DNA of 64,000 nucleotides from Candidatus Moanibacter sp. (GCA_965215885.1 CBDCEW010000100.1:128001-192000), one strand, 5' to 3'. Numbered from the stretch's first letter, positions 10,335 through 22,140 are shown. The notes: generated from the sequence alone by a model not told the origin. Numbers and translations are program-made.

Positions 10335-10880
10335 CTAGTCCGTCCGCTTTTCAAAAAAGAGAATCTGAATAATGTAGATGGTTATTCCGACGGAGATTCC
10401 ACTGTCGGCGAAGTTAAAGGCGGGCCAGCGGTAACCGGGAAGGTGGAAGTCCAGAAAATCGATCACGAAACCGAGGTAAATTCTGTCGACAAGGTTGCCC
10501 ACGATTCCCCCACAGAGGAGGCCGAAAGGGATTTGCCTGGACCTGCTTTTCAATCCAAACTCGTTACGATAGTAGTAGATAGCGCCCAGCGCGATCAGGG
10601 CAAGAATCGCTAAGGCGCTGCCATAACCGGCAAGAATCCCCCAGGCCGCGCCTGTATTGCCGACGTTGGCAATGTAGAAAAATCGGGGAATGATCTCTAT
10701 GCCTCCATGAGGCCAGTAGGTTCCTGGGGCAAGTCCGGAAAATCTGAAGATCCAGAGTTTCGATAACTGATCGAGAGCCACGACAGCCAGCGCAACGATA
10801 TAAAAGGGGAGATAGCCTTCCAGTCCCGGCAAGCCGGGATCGGGCTTTATGCCTCTTTCGAAAGAGTTACTCGGTTTCAT
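10335..10880 (-). CDS. lspA: Lipoprotein signal peptidase II
   Basis: DQLSK, NTGAAWG, GNLVDR, VIDFLD and FNFADS motifs; located downstream of ileS-dksA. The start lies inside a repeat and is uncertain (10880 or 10943). Confidence 0.9.
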   Translation of the reverse strand: MKPSNSFERGIKPDPGLPGLEGYLPFYIVALAVVALDQLSKLWIFRFSGLAPGTYWPHGGIEIIPRFFYIANVGNTGAAWGILAGYGSALAILALIALGAIYYYRNEFGLKSRSRQIPFGLLCGGIVGNLVDRIYLGFVIDFLDFHLPGYRWPAFNFADSGISVGITIYIIQILFFEKRTD

Positions 10881-11227
10881 TCCGATCCCGGCTAGCAGAC
10901 TGTCGGACTTTATGCTTCTTTCGAAGGATTTGCTCGGTTTCATTCCGACAGGCTGCTAGAATCAAGAAAATGAACCTGAGATTTGTGGGGAAGGGTACGA
11001 ACTGTCGCACAGTGGTTTCGCTATGGGCCATTTTGACCCGATCAACCCGCGAGCGAAAATCTCTCATCATCGGATTCGTAGTCAATGAAAGAATAGATAT
11101 GACAATATGTCTCAAATCTCAGGTTCATTTTCTTCCAAGCAATCTGTCGGTCTCATCTGGGTCAAAATATCGATCTGGCATTCCCGGCGTGCCGGGATTA
11201 GGAATGCTAAGTCCGACAGATTCCTGG
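10821..11227. repeat. Composite of nested/adjacent MITEs, copy 1 (copy 2 at 30456-30801)
   Basis: Modules CTAGCAGACTGTCGGA...TCCGACAGGCTGCTAG, AAGAAAATGAACCTGAGATTT...AAATCTCAGGTTCATTTTCTT and (G/C)AATCTGTCGG...TCCGACAGATTCCT are colinear with 30456-30801. Confidence 0.9.
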
Positions 11228-11258
11228 CGCACCGAAGATAGAGCTCGTTCCTGCAATT

Positions 11259-12491
11259 TCAGTCTGATGTATCCGCGTCGGTAAACGGCACGGTAGCTGC
11301 CACGCTGGAATCGATGAAAACGCCTTGGCGGCTTACCTTCTTCCCGCTACTCGATTCGAATTTTTTCTGACCCTCTACCGAGAAACGGGTAAAAGGCACC
11401 GCATCCAGTCGCTCGCGGTTGATTGGTTTACCGGTAATCTCACAAATACCGTAAGTGCCTTCAAAAATCCGGTCGAGGGCCTCTTCAATCTCGAAAAGCG
11501 CCTCCTGTTCACTTGAGACGAGGCTGAGGGCAAAATCCCTGTCGAAGTTATCGGTTCCGAGATCGGCCATATGTTGGCTGTAGCTTGAGAGGTCGCCCGA
11601 ATCTTCTTTGGCGGAGCGTTTCAATGTATCTTTAGTGTGGAGATCGAGGCCGGATTGAACATGCCCGCGCAGGGCAATGAGTTTTCTATAGTACTTGATG
11701 AACTTTCTGGGAACGCGATCTATTTCCCCAGCTCGAGTGTTCCGTTTGGCGTCGGGATTGAAGCCGAGGATGTCGGTTATGGAAGCGGCCCCAAGCCGCC
11801 GGTGTGCTGTTGGAACGGCTTCTTTGACGACCTGCTTTGATGTCTGCTTAGAGGGTGTTCCAGTCTCGTCGGATTTCCCTTTCTTCTTTGCTCTCGACTC
11901 TCTCTTTTTCAGTTCTTTCGAGCGGGATCTCAGGACATCACGCACATCTTCGAGAGAGAAAACGATGGGGGTATGTTTCTTGGAGGGTAATTTGAAGACG
12001 GCTGGAGTATGCTTTGGCCTCTTGACATGTGCGCTAAACATCTGTGTGTCCCTTTCCTTCTTGGGAGCACCTTTCTTAGTCTTCCTTTTCTGGGCGCTTA
12101 GGTTCGGCTTCATTCCCGATTTTCCGGTCCGGGTCTTCTTCGTTGCAGTCTTCTTTGCCGCACTCTTTATCGTTTTCTTCACGGCGGTCGTCACAGCCGG
12201 CTTCCGCTTCGTGCGGGTGGTGGCAGGTTTCGATTTCGCGGCCACATGATTTATGGCCTTTGGGACGGGCTTCTTCGGAGAAAGAGTTTTTCTTTTAACC
12301 GTTTTCCTATTCACTTCCCTTTTCGCCGCCGTCTTTTTGGCGGCAACTTTGGTTTTCTTTGCAGTCACTACGCCCTTCTTGGAAGTGCCATGAACGGTGG
12401 TTTTACTTTTCCCCCCGGGAGTCTTTTTCGCGACACGCTTTCTCTTATTCGATGAGTTGGAAGTTCCTGGCTTTTTTTTCGTAGGCATCAT
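11259..12491 (-). CDS. dksA: TraR/DksA family transcription factor with a long Lys-rich N-terminus
   Basis: HMADLGTD...LSLVSSEQEALFEIEEALDRI..GTYGICE..G..I..ERL.AVPF. Confidence 0.8.
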   Translation of the reverse strand: MMPTKKKPGTSNSSNKRKRVAKKTPGGKSKTTVHGTSKKGVVTAKKTKVAAKKTAAKREVNRKTVKRKTLSPKKPVPKAINHVAAKSKPATTRTKRKPAVTTAVKKTIKSAAKKTATKKTRTGKSGMKPNLSAQKRKTKKGAPKKERDTQMFSAHVKRPKHTPAVFKLPSKKHTPIVFSLEDVRDVLRSRSKELKKRESRAKKKGKSDETGTPSKQTSKQVVKEAVPTAHRRLGAASITDILGFNPDAKRNTRAGEIDRVPRKFIKYYRKLIALRGHVQSGLDLHTKDTLKRSAKEDSGDLSSYSQHMADLGTDNFDRDFALSLVSSEQEALFEIEEALDRIFEGTYGICEITGKPINRERLDAVPFTRFSVEGQKKFESSSGKKVSRQGVFIDSSVAATVPFTDADTSD

Positions 12492-12515
12492 TACGTACGG
12501 TTTAGGTTGAGACGA

Positions 12516-15311
12516 TCAATGATTGAGCAACGGGCAAGGAATGCGAGGGCAGAAGCCATCGGCTCGTCCGTCACTGGTTTCTTCGGGCACCCATCGCCAG
12601 CACCGGGGACAGCGAAGTCCTTCACACTTTTGTGCTGATACCTCGATACCATGATTGGCGGAGTTGTCGGTGTTGAGGGAGACTTGAGAAACTATGAAGA
12701 GTTCCGGCAAAATGGCCGCGTGCTTCACGAGAAGTTGAAAGAGCTCATCTGTGTCGTTGCCCACCAGGTTGACCGCCGCCTCCAGAGACTGACCAATAGT
12801 CTTCTCCTGCCTCAGTCTCTCGAGCTCATCGTTTACCCTGCCGCGCACCTTTAGAAGGCGGTCAATTTGCGAGCAGGTCCCTGAATCAAACCATTCCTCG
12901 CGCGCTTCCGGGAAAGGTTGCAAATGGATCGAACCGTCGCCACAGGCCCGGTTTGACCGTGCATAGGAATACGCTTCGTCGGTAGTAAAAACAATCACTG
13001 GGGCAAGCAGACCGACGAGCGTCTCAAAGCAATGGCTGATGACGGTTTGCGCGGACCGCCGCTCCATCGAATCTTCCTGAAAAGTATAAAGTCGGTCCTT
13101 TAGAATATCGTGATAAATTGCCGAGAGAGTGACGGTGCAATATCGGTTAACGATCTGGTAGACCCGCTGGAATTCGTAACTCTCATAGGCCATTCTCGTT
13201 TCCACAACCACTTCCGCCGTCTTGTGAAGCGCCCATGTATCGATGGGAAACAGTTCACTGAGCGACACCGAGTCCTTCTTTGCATCGAATCCGGAAAGGT
13301 TACCGAGTTGGAATCGCAGAGTGTTGCGTATAGTACGGTAAGTCTCGACTACGTGCGAGATGATCTCTTCCGATACCCGGACGTCGTTGCGGTAATCGAC
13401 ACTCGCCACCCAGAGCCGGAGAATGTCACTACCCATTTTCTCGATTAGTTCGAGAGGTGAGACTGAATTGCCAGACGACTTGCTCATCGCTTTACCCTGC
13501 CCATCGAGGAGAAAACCGTGTGTCAGGACGGCTTTGAAAGGAGCGCGGTGGCGAGTGCCGATGGAGGTGAGGAGGGCGCTCTGGAACCAACCCCGATGTT
13601 GGTCGCTCCCTTCAAGATAGAGATCAGCGGGAGAGGAGAGTCGGGAATCCTGTTCGAGGCTCGCTACGTGGCTGGCCCCGGAGTCAAACCAGACATCGAG
13701 AATATCGTTCTCTTTGGAAAAGTCCTCTCCGTTGCACTCCCCAGTTGATTCGTAAACGAAGTCGTCCGGTAGAAATTTTTCGACCGGATCCCGAAACCAG
13801 CAGTCCGTCCCCTCTTTACTGACAGATTCTATAAATGCATCAATAATGCCTACATCGAGAATGGATTCTCCGGTTTTATTCGATCGGATGGAGGGAATGG
13901 GTACGCCCCATGAACGCTGTCGGGAAAGGCACCAATCCGGGCGATTTTCCACCATATTTCGGATGCGTTCGTACCCCCAGCGGGGAATCCATTGAACCGC
14001 GTTGTCAATTGCGTCGAGGGCCTTTTCACGAATGTCGCCTTCGCCCAACTCCATGAACCATTGTTCGGTGGCGCGAAAAATCACCGGTTCTTTGCTCCGC
14101 CAGCTGAACGGATAGTCGTGGATCACCTTGCCGGATGCAAGGAGGAGGCCTTTGTTACGAAGCAGATCGACAATCGTTGGATTGGCGTCGAAGACAAAGA
14201 CACCCTCCATGGCGGGGAATTCTCGTGTAAAGCAACCCTTTTCATCGACCGGTACGACTACTGGAAGACCGTAGCGGCGCCCGATATCGAAATCTTCGCA
14301 ACCGTGCCCGGGGGCCGTATGAACACAGCCGGTTCCCTGTTCGAGGGTAACGTGGTCACCGAGCATAACAAGGCTCGTTCGGTCGTCGAAAATGGGATGG
14401 GAACATTGCGCTTTTTCCAGTTCCTGCGCCTTAAATCGAACCGCAATCCGACCTGATTCGATGCCGCAAGAATCCATGAATGCTTCAGCCAGATCCTCGG
14501 CTACAATCGAAGTCCGGCTGTCGTGCTGAAGGGCGACGTAGTTGTGGGTGGGATGAAGAGAGATGCCCAGATTGGCGGGCAGGGTCCAGGGGGTGGTCGT
14601 CCAGATGACAATGGATACATTGTCGAGGCCTTTTAGAGAGGGATATTCTTCCGAATGAAGTAGCGGAAAACTGACAATTATGGAATCGGATGTGCGGGGA
14701 TGATATTCAATCTCGGCTTCGGCAAGAGCGGTACGAAAGAGAGGATCCCAGTGGACGACCTTGAAACCTTTCCGGACGAGCCCTCTTTTTACGAGGTCGC
14801 GAAAACATCTCAGAATGCCCGCCTCATATTCGGCATCGAAGGTCCGGTAGGGCGCGTCCCACTCCCCCAGGATTCCCAGGCGCTTGAATTGCTCACGTTG
14901 AATGCCGATATATTTTGAAGCGTAGTTGTGGCAGGATTTACGAATCTCGACCGGCGCCATCTCGTGTATTTTGGGGCCGATTTCCTTTAGCACCTGCTGC
15001 TCGATGGGTAGCCCGTGACAGTCCCAACCTGGCACATAGGGGGTGCGGAAACCACACATCGACTTGTAGCGGAGGACAATGTCTTTGAGAATCTTGTTTA
15101 AAGCGTGCCCCATATGAATGTCGCCGTTAGCGTAAGGGGGGCCGTCGTGTAAAATGAAAGTCCTGCCTTTTTCGCTTTTCTGTTGAATCCTGTCGTAGAG
15201 GCCTATCGATTCCCAGTGAGCGAGTCTTTTCGGTTCACGCTTTACCGAGTTTGCCCGCATCGGAAAGTCGGTTTCCGGGAGGTTCAGGGTCTCTTTATAA
15301 TTCTGGGCCAT
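12516..15311 (-). CDS. ileS: Isoleucyl-tRNA synthetase
   Basis: LHDGPPYANGDIHMGH, GWDCHGLPIE, WTTTPWT, EGSDQHRGWFQ, AMSKS and C-terminal CPRCW. Confidence 0.98.
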   Translation of the reverse strand: MAQNYKETLNLPETDFPMRANSVKREPKRLAHWESIGLYDRIQQKSEKGRTFILHDGPPYANGDIHMGHALNKILKDIVLRYKSMCGFRTPYVPGWDCHGLPIEQQVLKEIGPKIHEMAPVEIRKSCHNYASKYIGIQREQFKRLGILGEWDAPYRTFDAEYEAGILRCFRDLVKRGLVRKGFKVVHWDPLFRTALAEAEIEYHPRTSDSIIVSFPLLHSEEYPSLKGLDNVSIVIWTTTPWTLPANLGISLHPTHNYVALQHDSRTSIVAEDLAEAFMDSCGIESGRIAVRFKAQELEKAQCSHPIFDDRTSLVMLGDHVTLEQGTGCVHTAPGHGCEDFDIGRRYGLPVVVPVDEKGCFTREFPAMEGVFVFDANPTIVDLLRNKGLLLASGKVIHDYPFSWRSKEPVIFRATEQWFMELGEGDIREKALDAIDNAVQWIPRWGYERIRNMVENRPDWCLSRQRSWGVPIPSIRSNKTGESILDVGIIDAFIESVSKEGTDCWFRDPVEKFLPDDFVYESTGECNGEDFSKENDILDVWFDSGASHVASLEQDSRLSSPADLYLEGSDQHRGWFQSALLTSIGTRHRAPFKAVLTHGFLLDGQGKAMSKSSGNSVSPLELIEKMGSDILRLWVASVDYRNDVRVSEEIISHVVETYRTIRNTLRFQLGNLSGFDAKKDSVSLSELFPIDTWALHKTAEVVVETRMAYESYEFQRVYQIVNRYCTVTLSAIYHDILKDRLYTFQEDSMERRSAQTVISHCFETLVGLLAPVIVFTTDEAYSYARSNRACGDGSIHLQPFPEAREEWFDSGTCSQIDRLLKVRGRVNDELERLRQEKTIGQSLEAAVNLVGNDTDELFQLLVKHAAILPELFIVSQVSLNTDNSANHGIEVSAQKCEGLRCPRCWRWVPEETSDGRADGFCPRIPCPLLNH

Positions 15312-15461
15312 TTTCAGCGCCTTCGGAAATAAAAGCGCCGAAACAATGGAAACTTCATTATCCAAGTCAAGCTAAGACCTTCCAGGTTGACTCCCCATCA
15401 GGATACGGGGATACCATGTGCGAGGATGTTTAAGAGGTTAATTCCGACAGATTCCTAGGCC

Positions 15462-16484
15462 GTGGCAGAACTCCTAAGCCAATTTATGGAAGGGCAGTCG
15501 CTACTCGTCCTGCTACTTCTGATCGCCTTCCTTATCTATATCCTGGGAAGGGGAGCGGAAATGCTGGTGGAAGAAGCGGCGTCGCTCTCCAGGAGTTGGG
15601 GTGTGCCCGAGGTGCTGATTGGGGCGACGATCGTGAGCTTGGGTACTACACTGCCGGAGGCGGCCGTTTCGGTGCTTGCAGCGATACAGGGTAATCCTGA
15701 TCTTGCCTTGGGAAATGCGGTTGGTTCGATTATCTGCGACACGGGCCTGATTCTCGGAATTGCAGCGGTAATATCGCCCCTTCCTCTAAGGAAGAGTATA
15801 GTGAATCGACAGGGGTGGATACAATTTGGCGCGGGAATACTGCTCGTCCTGTCCAGTATGCCCTATTCCTCTATGCGGGAGATTACCGTAAGTGGCGGGA
15901 ATTTACCGCAGTATATGGGCTTCGTCTTTCTTCTTCTGCTGATTGTCTATATCTCGATTTCCATCGGTTGGGCGAGGAGCGATTCAGGCCCGGAAGCAGG
16001 TAGAGAGAGAGCTGAATCTAAGAGGGGGAAAAGGCCCTCGCTTGTCCTGGTCAAACTGATCGTTGGGATTACTCTTGTCGTCGTATCTTCCACGATACTC
16101 ATTCCGGCGGTGGAAGAGACGGCGGTTCGGCTTCATGTTCCGGACAGCATCATAGCTGCAACCCTGGTCGCTTTTGGGACTTCCCTGCCGGAGCTGGTTA
16201 CTGCTATGACTGCTTTGCGAAAGGGGCACGGGGAACTGGCGCTGGGAAACGTAATCGGAGCGGATATCCTGAATGTGCTATTTGTCGCCGGTGCGGCGGC
16301 TTCAGTGACGCGCGGTGGATTGGAGGCGACGCCGGAATTCTTCACCTTTCTCTTTCCGACCATGTTGTTTATACTGGTTGTCTTTAGAATGGGAATATTT
16401 TTCTCCAAGGATAAGTTGGGGCGTCCTTTCGGCGCTATCCTGCTCGTGAGTTACGTTTGTTATTTGTTATTAAGCGTTTTTTGA
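15462..16484 (+). CDS. Ca2+/Na+ antiporter (YrbG family)
   Basis: Two alpha repeats, GTTLPE and GTSLPE, each followed by ALGN. Confidence 0.9.
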   Translation: MAELLSQFMEGQSLLVLLLLIAFLIYILGRGAEMLVEEAASLSRSWGVPEVLIGATIVSLGTTLPEAAVSVLAAIQGNPDLALGNAVGSIICDTGLILGIAAVISPLPLRKSIVNRQGWIQFGAGILLVLSSMPYSSMREITVSGGNLPQYMGFVFLLLLIVYISISIGWARSDSGPEAGRERAESKRGKRPSLVLVKLIVGITLVVVSSTILIPAVEETAVRLHVPDSIIAATLVAFGTSLPELVTAMTALRKGHGELALGNVIGADILNVLFVAGAAASVTRGGLEATPEFFTFLFPTMLFILVVFRMGIFFSKDKLGRPFGAILLVSYVCYLLLSVF

Positions 16485-16601
16485 GAAATTTAACTTGGAA
16501 ATACTCCGTCCCGGCACAAGACCGGGGCAGCCAGTAATCGAAGGCATGATGCTAAACACTTACATGCCGGGACGGACCGCTGACTTGAAACTATTGTTAT
16601 T

Positions 16602-18173
16602 ATGTCCGACAGGCAGGTAGCGCTCATAATTCGGGACGGCTGGGGTGAGAACCACAATGCCGAGCACGATTCGTTTAATGCCGTCAAGAATGCGCGCACG
16701 CCGGTTTCGGATAGGATTGGGAAAGCCTACCCGCGCACTGAAATCATGGCATGTGGGCTGGATGTGGGATTACCGCAGGGTATCGTGGGAAATAGTGAGG
16801 TGGGGCATCAGAATATCGGAGCGGGCAGGATAGTAGACCAGGAGATCGTTCGTATCAGCCGGGCGTTTGCTAAGAGTGAGGTTCGTGCGAGTCCGGTAGT
16901 GGGCGTCTGTCTGGCGAGACTCAGGGAAACCGAAGGGAGCCTACATTTAATGGGATTGGCGTCGGATGCGGGAGTTCATTCCATTCTGGAACATTTATAC
17001 GGCCTGCTGAGGATCGCTCGAGCCGATTCGGTTCGGAAAGTCCTCATCCATATTTTTACCGATGGTCGCGATACAACACCCCAAAGCGGAATGGGGTATG
17101 TCCGGCAAATCGAAGAACAATGCCGTGAGATCGGCGTTGGGCGCATCGCCACCGTGTGCGGCAGGTATTGGAGTATGGATCGGGACCGGCGTTGGGATCG
17201 GATCGAAAAGGCCTACGCGTGTCTGACCGGAAGGAAGGCAGCAGCAGTCGCTTCGAGCGGTGAGGCGGCGGTGCGTCACTACTATGATAACCCCATTGGG
17301 GGGTCCCTTCGCGGCGACGAGTTCGTCCTCCCCACTTGGGTTGTTGACCAGGATGATAAGCCGATAGGAACGGTAAAAGACGGGGATTCGGTGGTTTTCT
17401 TTAACTTTCGCGGTGACCGACCCAGGGAGCTGACACGTGCGTTTATGGAACCGGCATTCGATAAATTCGAGCGAGGGAGAAAACTCGACATTTTCTTCGC
17501 CACCCTGACAGAGTACGAAAAGGGACTGTGCCCCAATATTATCTTTCCGAAGCGTCCTCGCATGCCGAATATTCTCGGTATGTATCTAAGCGATCTCGGA
17601 ATAAGACAATTTCGCTGTGCTGAAACAGAGAAGTACCCCCACGTCACCTTTTTCTTTAATGACTATCGGGAAGAGCCCTTTTCGGGAGAAGATCGAAGGC
17701 TCATACCGAGCCCGAAAGAGGTGGCGACTTATGACCAGAAACCAGAAATGTCGGCTCGTGGAGTTTGTAAAGCGACGGTAGATGCGATTTTACAGGAACG
17801 GTACGGCCTCGTTGTGGTCAATTTTGCCAATCCCGACATGGTGGGACATACCGGTTCGTTTGAAGCCGCCGTCCAGGCTTGCGAAACGACCGACGATTGC
17901 CTGGGTGATATTCTTCTGGCCCTTGAAAAAGTGGGAGGTTGCGCCATCGTCACTTCCGATCATGGCAATTCAGATCAGATGTGGGATCCCGTCACCAATG
18001 GTCCGCATACTGCGCATACCCTCAACCCGGTCGAGCTGGTTATTGCGGGCGAAGGCAGTGAATCGCTTAGGCTTGTGGATCGAGGTTGTCTCGCCGATAT
18101 CGCGCCCACGCTTCTCCGGTTGATGGCTATTGAGAAACCGGACGAGATGACGGGTGAGTGTCTGATTGTGTAG
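16602..18173 (+). CDS. gpmI: 2,3-bisphosphoglycerate-independent phosphoglycerate mutase
   Basis: [36 protein letters not shown] and DHGN motifs. Confidence 0.97.
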   Translation: MSDRQVALIIRDGWGENHNAEHDSFNAVKNARTPVSDRIGKAYPRTEIMACGLDVGLPQGIVGNSEVGHQNIGAGRIVDQEIVRISRAFAKSEVRASPVVGVCLARLRETEGSLHLMGLASDAGVHSILEHLYGLLRIARADSVRKVLIHIFTDGRDTTPQSGMGYVRQIEEQCREIGVGRIATVCGRYWSMDRDRRWDRIEKAYACLTGRKAAAVASSGEAAVRHYYDNPIGGSLRGDEFVLPTWVVDQDDKPIGTVKDGDSVVFFNFRGDRPRELTRAFMEPAFDKFERGRKLDIFFATLTEYEKGLCPNIIFPKRPRMPNILGMYLSDLGIRQFRCAETEKYPHVTFFFNDYREEPFSGEDRRLIPSPKEVATYDQKPEMSARGVCKATVDAILQERYGLVVVNFANPDMVGHTGSFEAAVQACETTDDCLGDILLALEKVGGCAIVTSDHGNSDQMWDPVTNGPHTAHTLNPVELVIAGEGSESLRLVDRGCLADIAPTLLRLMAIEKPDEMTGECLIV

Positions 18174-18179
18174 GGGGAT

Positions 18180-18660
18180 CGAAAGAGTTCGGGGCAAGGT
18201 TTGCGACGAGGTTTGAACAAAGGTGATCAGTGCCTTTCCTTTGATTTTCTCTTCCATTTACGCGGGACCACCCGAAAGGGAAACCTTGTCGCGAACCTTG
18301 TCGAATCCATTCTGACCGGCTCATGGCAGGCCGTGATCTCCCGTGGAACTTGCTCTTCCCGAATTTCGACTACGATTAGGACGACGAATTTCGATTAAAA
18401 TCCGATTTAAATTCCACTCGAAGGTCGTCGTCATAATCGTAGTCGTTGGTCGGAAGTTTGGGCAGTGTCCCCGTCGTTGCCGACGCGGCTACCAGACTTG
18501 CTCTTTGTCGTAAGCTTCGTCGTAAACTTTGTCGAATTTCGACTACGATTATGACCACGATTAAGATTGGGGGGATTTCCACTCGCAAGTCGTAGTCGTA
18601 ATCGTCGTCGTCGGGCGTATACTGGTTCCCGACTTTCGATTACGATTAATATCACGAATT
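18180..18660. repeat. Cluster of short inverted/tandem repeats (CGACAAGGTT-type and CGACTACGATT-type)
   Basis: GGCAAGGTTTGCGACGAGGTT pairs with AACCTTGTCGCGAACCTTGTCG; ACTACGATT and AATCGTAGT recur. Related motifs occur near 3625, 6900, 20110 and 63570. Confidence 0.7.
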
Positions 18661-18691
18661 TAGATTGGAGGTGGGGGAATCGATAGGATAA

Positions 18692-20062
18692 TCAGAAGCC
18701 TGGTGAGCCCGGGATACTGGCGCCTATACCAGGGAAACCTGAGCCGGCGTTGGCCTGAAGGCGCTTCATCATTTTTGATCCCTTGGCGCCTTTCATCTTT
18801 CTCATCATTTTGCGCATCTGGGAAAACTGCTTTATGAGAGTATTGACATCGCGTACCTGGACACCGGCGCCTGAGGCGACGCGAAAACGCCGGCTACCAT
18901 TGAGGATACGTGGATTTTGGCGTTCCCGAGGAGTCATGGAGAGAATAATTGCTTCAGTATGCTTTATTTGGTTCTCTTCTTTTTCGCCGATATCGATTCC
19001 ATTCATACCAGGTAGCATCTCCATGAGAGAACCAAGTGGACCCATTTTTTTGACCTGCTGCATTTGGGCGAGAAAGTCTTCAAGAGTAAATTCGGCCTTG
19101 CGCATTTTCTCCGCCATACGCTCAGCTTCATCCTGATCGATAGTCTCCTGGGCCTTCTCGACAAGTGAAACAACATCGCCCATCCCGAGGATTCTCGACG
19201 CGATGCGGGCGGGATGAAACATCTCGTAGTCAGCGGTCTTTTCGCCGGTCCCGATAAACTTGATCGGGACATTGGTGATCGCTTTCATGGAGAGAGCCGC
19301 GCCTCCTCTTGCGTCGCCATCGAGTTTTGTGAGAATAGTGCCGGTGAGATTCACCGCTTCATGGAAGGACTTGGCGATATTCACTGCCTCCTGGCCGAGA
19401 GCGCTGTCGGCCACCAACAGCACCTCGTCTGGAACTACGGTCTTCTTCAGAATCCTTATTTCTTCTATGAGTTCATCATCGACGTGAAGACGTCCCGCGG
19501 TATCAAAAATAATGGCATCGGCCCCCTGTTTCCTGGCTTCCTTTAGAGCGTTCTTCGCGATCGTGGATACTTTGCTTTGTGATCTCTCCGCATAGGAGAG
19601 CAATGCCTCCTCACGGGCCAGAGTTTCAAGCTGGTCGATTGCGGCGGGACGGTAGACGTCGCAAGCGACGAGGAGCGGAGAATATCCTTTTTTGTGTAGA
19701 AACCTGCCCATTTTCGCCGCGCAGGTTGTCTTCCCCGAACCGTGGAGACCGACCAGCATAATGCGGAGCGGGCGCTTATCGATCAGATTGCTACTACCTT
19801 CGCCGAGAAGTTTTACGAGTTCGTCGTGAATGATCTTTACGACCATCTGACCCGGCGAGACCGACTTCGTTACGTCCTTGCCTACACATTCACGTTTGAC
19901 GTTCTCAATGAACTCACGGGCAACACGGAAATGAACGTCGGCGGATAATAGGGCGGTTCTAATTTCTTTGAAGGCTTCCGCCATATTCTCTTCGCTCAAT
20001 CTTCCTACTCCGCGAAGGTTGCGCAGCGCTTTGCCGAGACGTTCTGATAGTGCTTCAAGCAT
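18692..20062 (-). CDS. ffh: Signal recognition particle protein
   Basis: [31 protein letters not shown] and an M domain. Confidence 0.98.
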   Translation of the reverse strand: MLEALSERLGKALRNLRGVGRLSEENMAEAFKEIRTALLSADVHFRVAREFIENVKRECVGKDVTKSVSPGQMVVKIIHDELVKLLGEGSSNLIDKRPLRIMLVGLHGSGKTTCAAKMGRFLHKKGYSPLLVACDVYRPAAIDQLETLAREEALLSYAERSQSKVSTIAKNALKEARKQGADAIIFDTAGRLHVDDELIEEIRILKKTVVPDEVLLVADSALGQEAVNIAKSFHEAVNLTGTILTKLDGDARGGAALSMKAITNVPIKFIGTGEKTADYEMFHPARIASRILGMGDVVSLVEKAQETIDQDEAERMAEKMRKAEFTLEDFLAQMQQVKKMGPLGSLMEMLPGMNGIDIGEKEENQIKHTEAIILSMTPRERQNPRILNGSRRFRVASGAGVQVRDVNTLIKQFSQMRKMMRKMKGAKGSKMMKRLQANAGSGFPGIGASIPGSPGF

Positions 20063-20184
20063 AATCCGGGATTTCGCAGTACCCTAACGCAGCGTAGCCG
20101 CAACCAATCGACAAGGTTCGCGACGAGGTTGGCTCCTCTGGATTCCGCCAAAGTGGACTGTCGGACTCTAAGTCCGTCAGATTC

Positions 20185-20799
20185 CTAGCCACGGGCGGCG
20201 GCGTAGTTTGCCTCAGCCTGCTCCCAGTTGACAACGTTCCAAAAGGCGGCGATGTAATCGGGACGACGATTTTGATAGTTCAGGTAATAGGCATGTTCCC
20301 AGACATCGAGTCCTATCACTGGACTGCCGGAACCGTCCATGAGTGGGCTATCCTGATTCGGTGTTGAGGTGACGGCGAGGGAACCATCGGACTTTACGAT
20401 GAGCCAGGCCCAACCGCTCCCGAATCGAGTGGTGCCGGCAGTGGCAAACGCTTCTTTGAAAGCGTCGAAGCCCCCTAACTGAGCGTCAATTGCGGAGCCC
20501 AGGGATCCGGAGGGCGCGCCGCCGCCGGAACCGAGCACTTTCCAAAAAAATGAGTGATTGGCGTGTCCTCCGCCATTGTTGCGAACAGCCGTACGGATGC
20601 TTTCAGGAACGGCGTCAAGATTGGAGATTAGTTCATTGACGTCCTCAGGGGCATCGTGGTTAGCACCGGAAAGCGCATTATTGACGTTAGTAATATAGGT
20701 GTTGTGATGCTTTGAATGATGAATTTCCATGGTTCGCGCATCGATGTGCGGTTCCAGAGCATCGTAAGCGTAGTCTAAATTTGGAAGTTCGTATGCCAT
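20185..20799 (-). CDS. sodA: Fe/Mn superoxide dismutase
   Basis: [23 protein letters not shown] and DVWEHAYY; the GGG motif is Mn-type. Confidence 0.9.
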   Translation of the reverse strand: MAYELPNLDYAYDALEPHIDARTMEIHHSKHHNTYITNVNNALSGANHDAPEDVNELISNLDAVPESIRTAVRNNGGGHANHSFFWKVLGSGGGAPSGSLGSAIDAQLGGFDAFKEAFATAGTTRFGSGWAWLIVKSDGSLAVTSTPNQDSPLMDGSGSPVIGLDVWEHAYYLNYQNRRPDYIAAFWNVVNWEQAEANYAAARG

Positions 20800-21155
20800 T
20801 ATTTTATTCCCGGTTTAAGATTAATTGTTGATTCTGATGGAAATTGACTCCCCTGTTTATGAAATGTCCAAGCTAGGAATCTGTCGGACTAAGTATCAAA
20901 AAGGGGATTTCCCCGTCCGTCAACCCCTCCGGCACGAATCAGGCAGGTTTTATTGAGAATTCAATGGAATCGAGTACCCGATTAGAGGAACGCGGGAGTG
21001 TTTCTACGTATTGGCGGGGTAATTTTGACGGAGAGCACGATTATTAACCACGTCAGCAGATCGAACAGGTTCCACGTTCATCCATCGTGACCTATCGAGA
21101 ACGAGGACGACCTGCGAGCGCACGTCCAGCCAACAATAATCGTAGTCCTACCAAC

Positions 21156-21659
21156 CTAATCAGAACCAATGCGGCGTCTGTGGGAAAAGAACGTCTGGAT
21201 CAAATCGCGGCATTCCTCCTCAAGGATTCCCGATGTAACAGTGGTGTGATTGCGGAGAGCAGGGAGCTGATTGATATCAGTGGCGCCACCAAGGCAGCCC
21301 ATATCCGGATCGGGCAGGGCATATATGACTCGCGACATGCGTGCCATGATAACTGCTCCTGAACACATGGGGCACGGCTCTTTAGTGACATAGAGATTTG
21401 CTCCGGTGAGACGCCAGTCCCCTAAATAGCGGCTGGCCTGCGTGATAGCGAGGATTTCCGCGTGGGCCGTCGGATCTCCCGTGGATTCTATGCGATTATG
21501 CTCGGAACCGATTACCCGGCCGTCATATTCTATAACCGCTCCCACTGGAACTTCCTCTTCCATCCACCCGTCGATGGCTTCATTATAGGCCAGTCGCATG
21601 AAGAATGTATCGTCTTTTCGCAGCTGTGACGGAAATACCTTCTGAAATGGGCAGTGCAA
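21156..21659 (-). CDS. tadA: tRNA adenosine(34) deaminase / nucleoside deaminase
   Basis: EVPVGAV, HAEILA and EPCPMCSG motifs; the start is uncertain (TTG at 21659). Confidence 0.85.
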   Translation of the reverse strand: MHCPFQKVFPSQLRKDDTFFMRLAYNEAIDGWMEEEVPVGAVIEYDGRVIGSEHNRIESTGDPTAHAEILAITQASRYLGDWRLTGANLYVTKEPCPMCSGAVIMARMSRVIYALPDPDMGCLGGATDINQLPALRNHTTVTSGILEEECRDLIQTFFSHRRRIGSD

Positions 21660-21864
21660 CGGCGCACAGTAATTCTTCGAGTAATGAAAAAAGCGAGTAG
21701 AAAAGTCTACTGCGGCAAGATTGTTATTGAACAATCGAAAATGAGGGGCAACGGTAGTTTCCGAATGTTTGAGCGAGAGCTTAGGTAGGAGATATAGGGA
21801 GCAGATTTAACTCTCATGAGAGCCGGCTCAAATGTCCCGTTAAGAGCGAGTATATTACAGATGT

Positions 21865-22140
21865 ATGCCAAACAATGATGCAGTAGAGATTGAAGGGAAG
21901 ATTGTAACTGTGCTTCCTGGGACGATGTTTCGCGTGGAACTTGAGAACGGTCATCAGGTTCTCGCCCACATTTCAGGAAAGCTGCGAAAACATTTTATCA
22001 AGATCACGGTAGGCGATACTGTAAAAATGGAGATGAGCCCTTACGACCTCGATAAAGCGCGGATTACCTATCGATTGAGGAATGCGCGGGCGAATCGCAA
22101 TGTTCCCATCCGGAGTTACGGGCCTCGCCGTCGGCGATGA
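21865..22140 (+). CDS. infA: Translation initiation factor IF-1
   Basis: [25 protein letters not shown]...[14 protein letters not shown]. Confidence 0.97.
   Translation: MPNNDAVEIEGKIVTVLPGTMFRVELENGHQVLAHISGKLRKHFIKITVGDTVKMEMSPYDLDKARITYRLRNARANRNVPIRSYGPRRRR

Noticed and set aside
18180..18660. CRISPR array or short ORFs
   Set aside because: Irregular degenerate inverted repeats; the ORFs are low-complexity translations of them.
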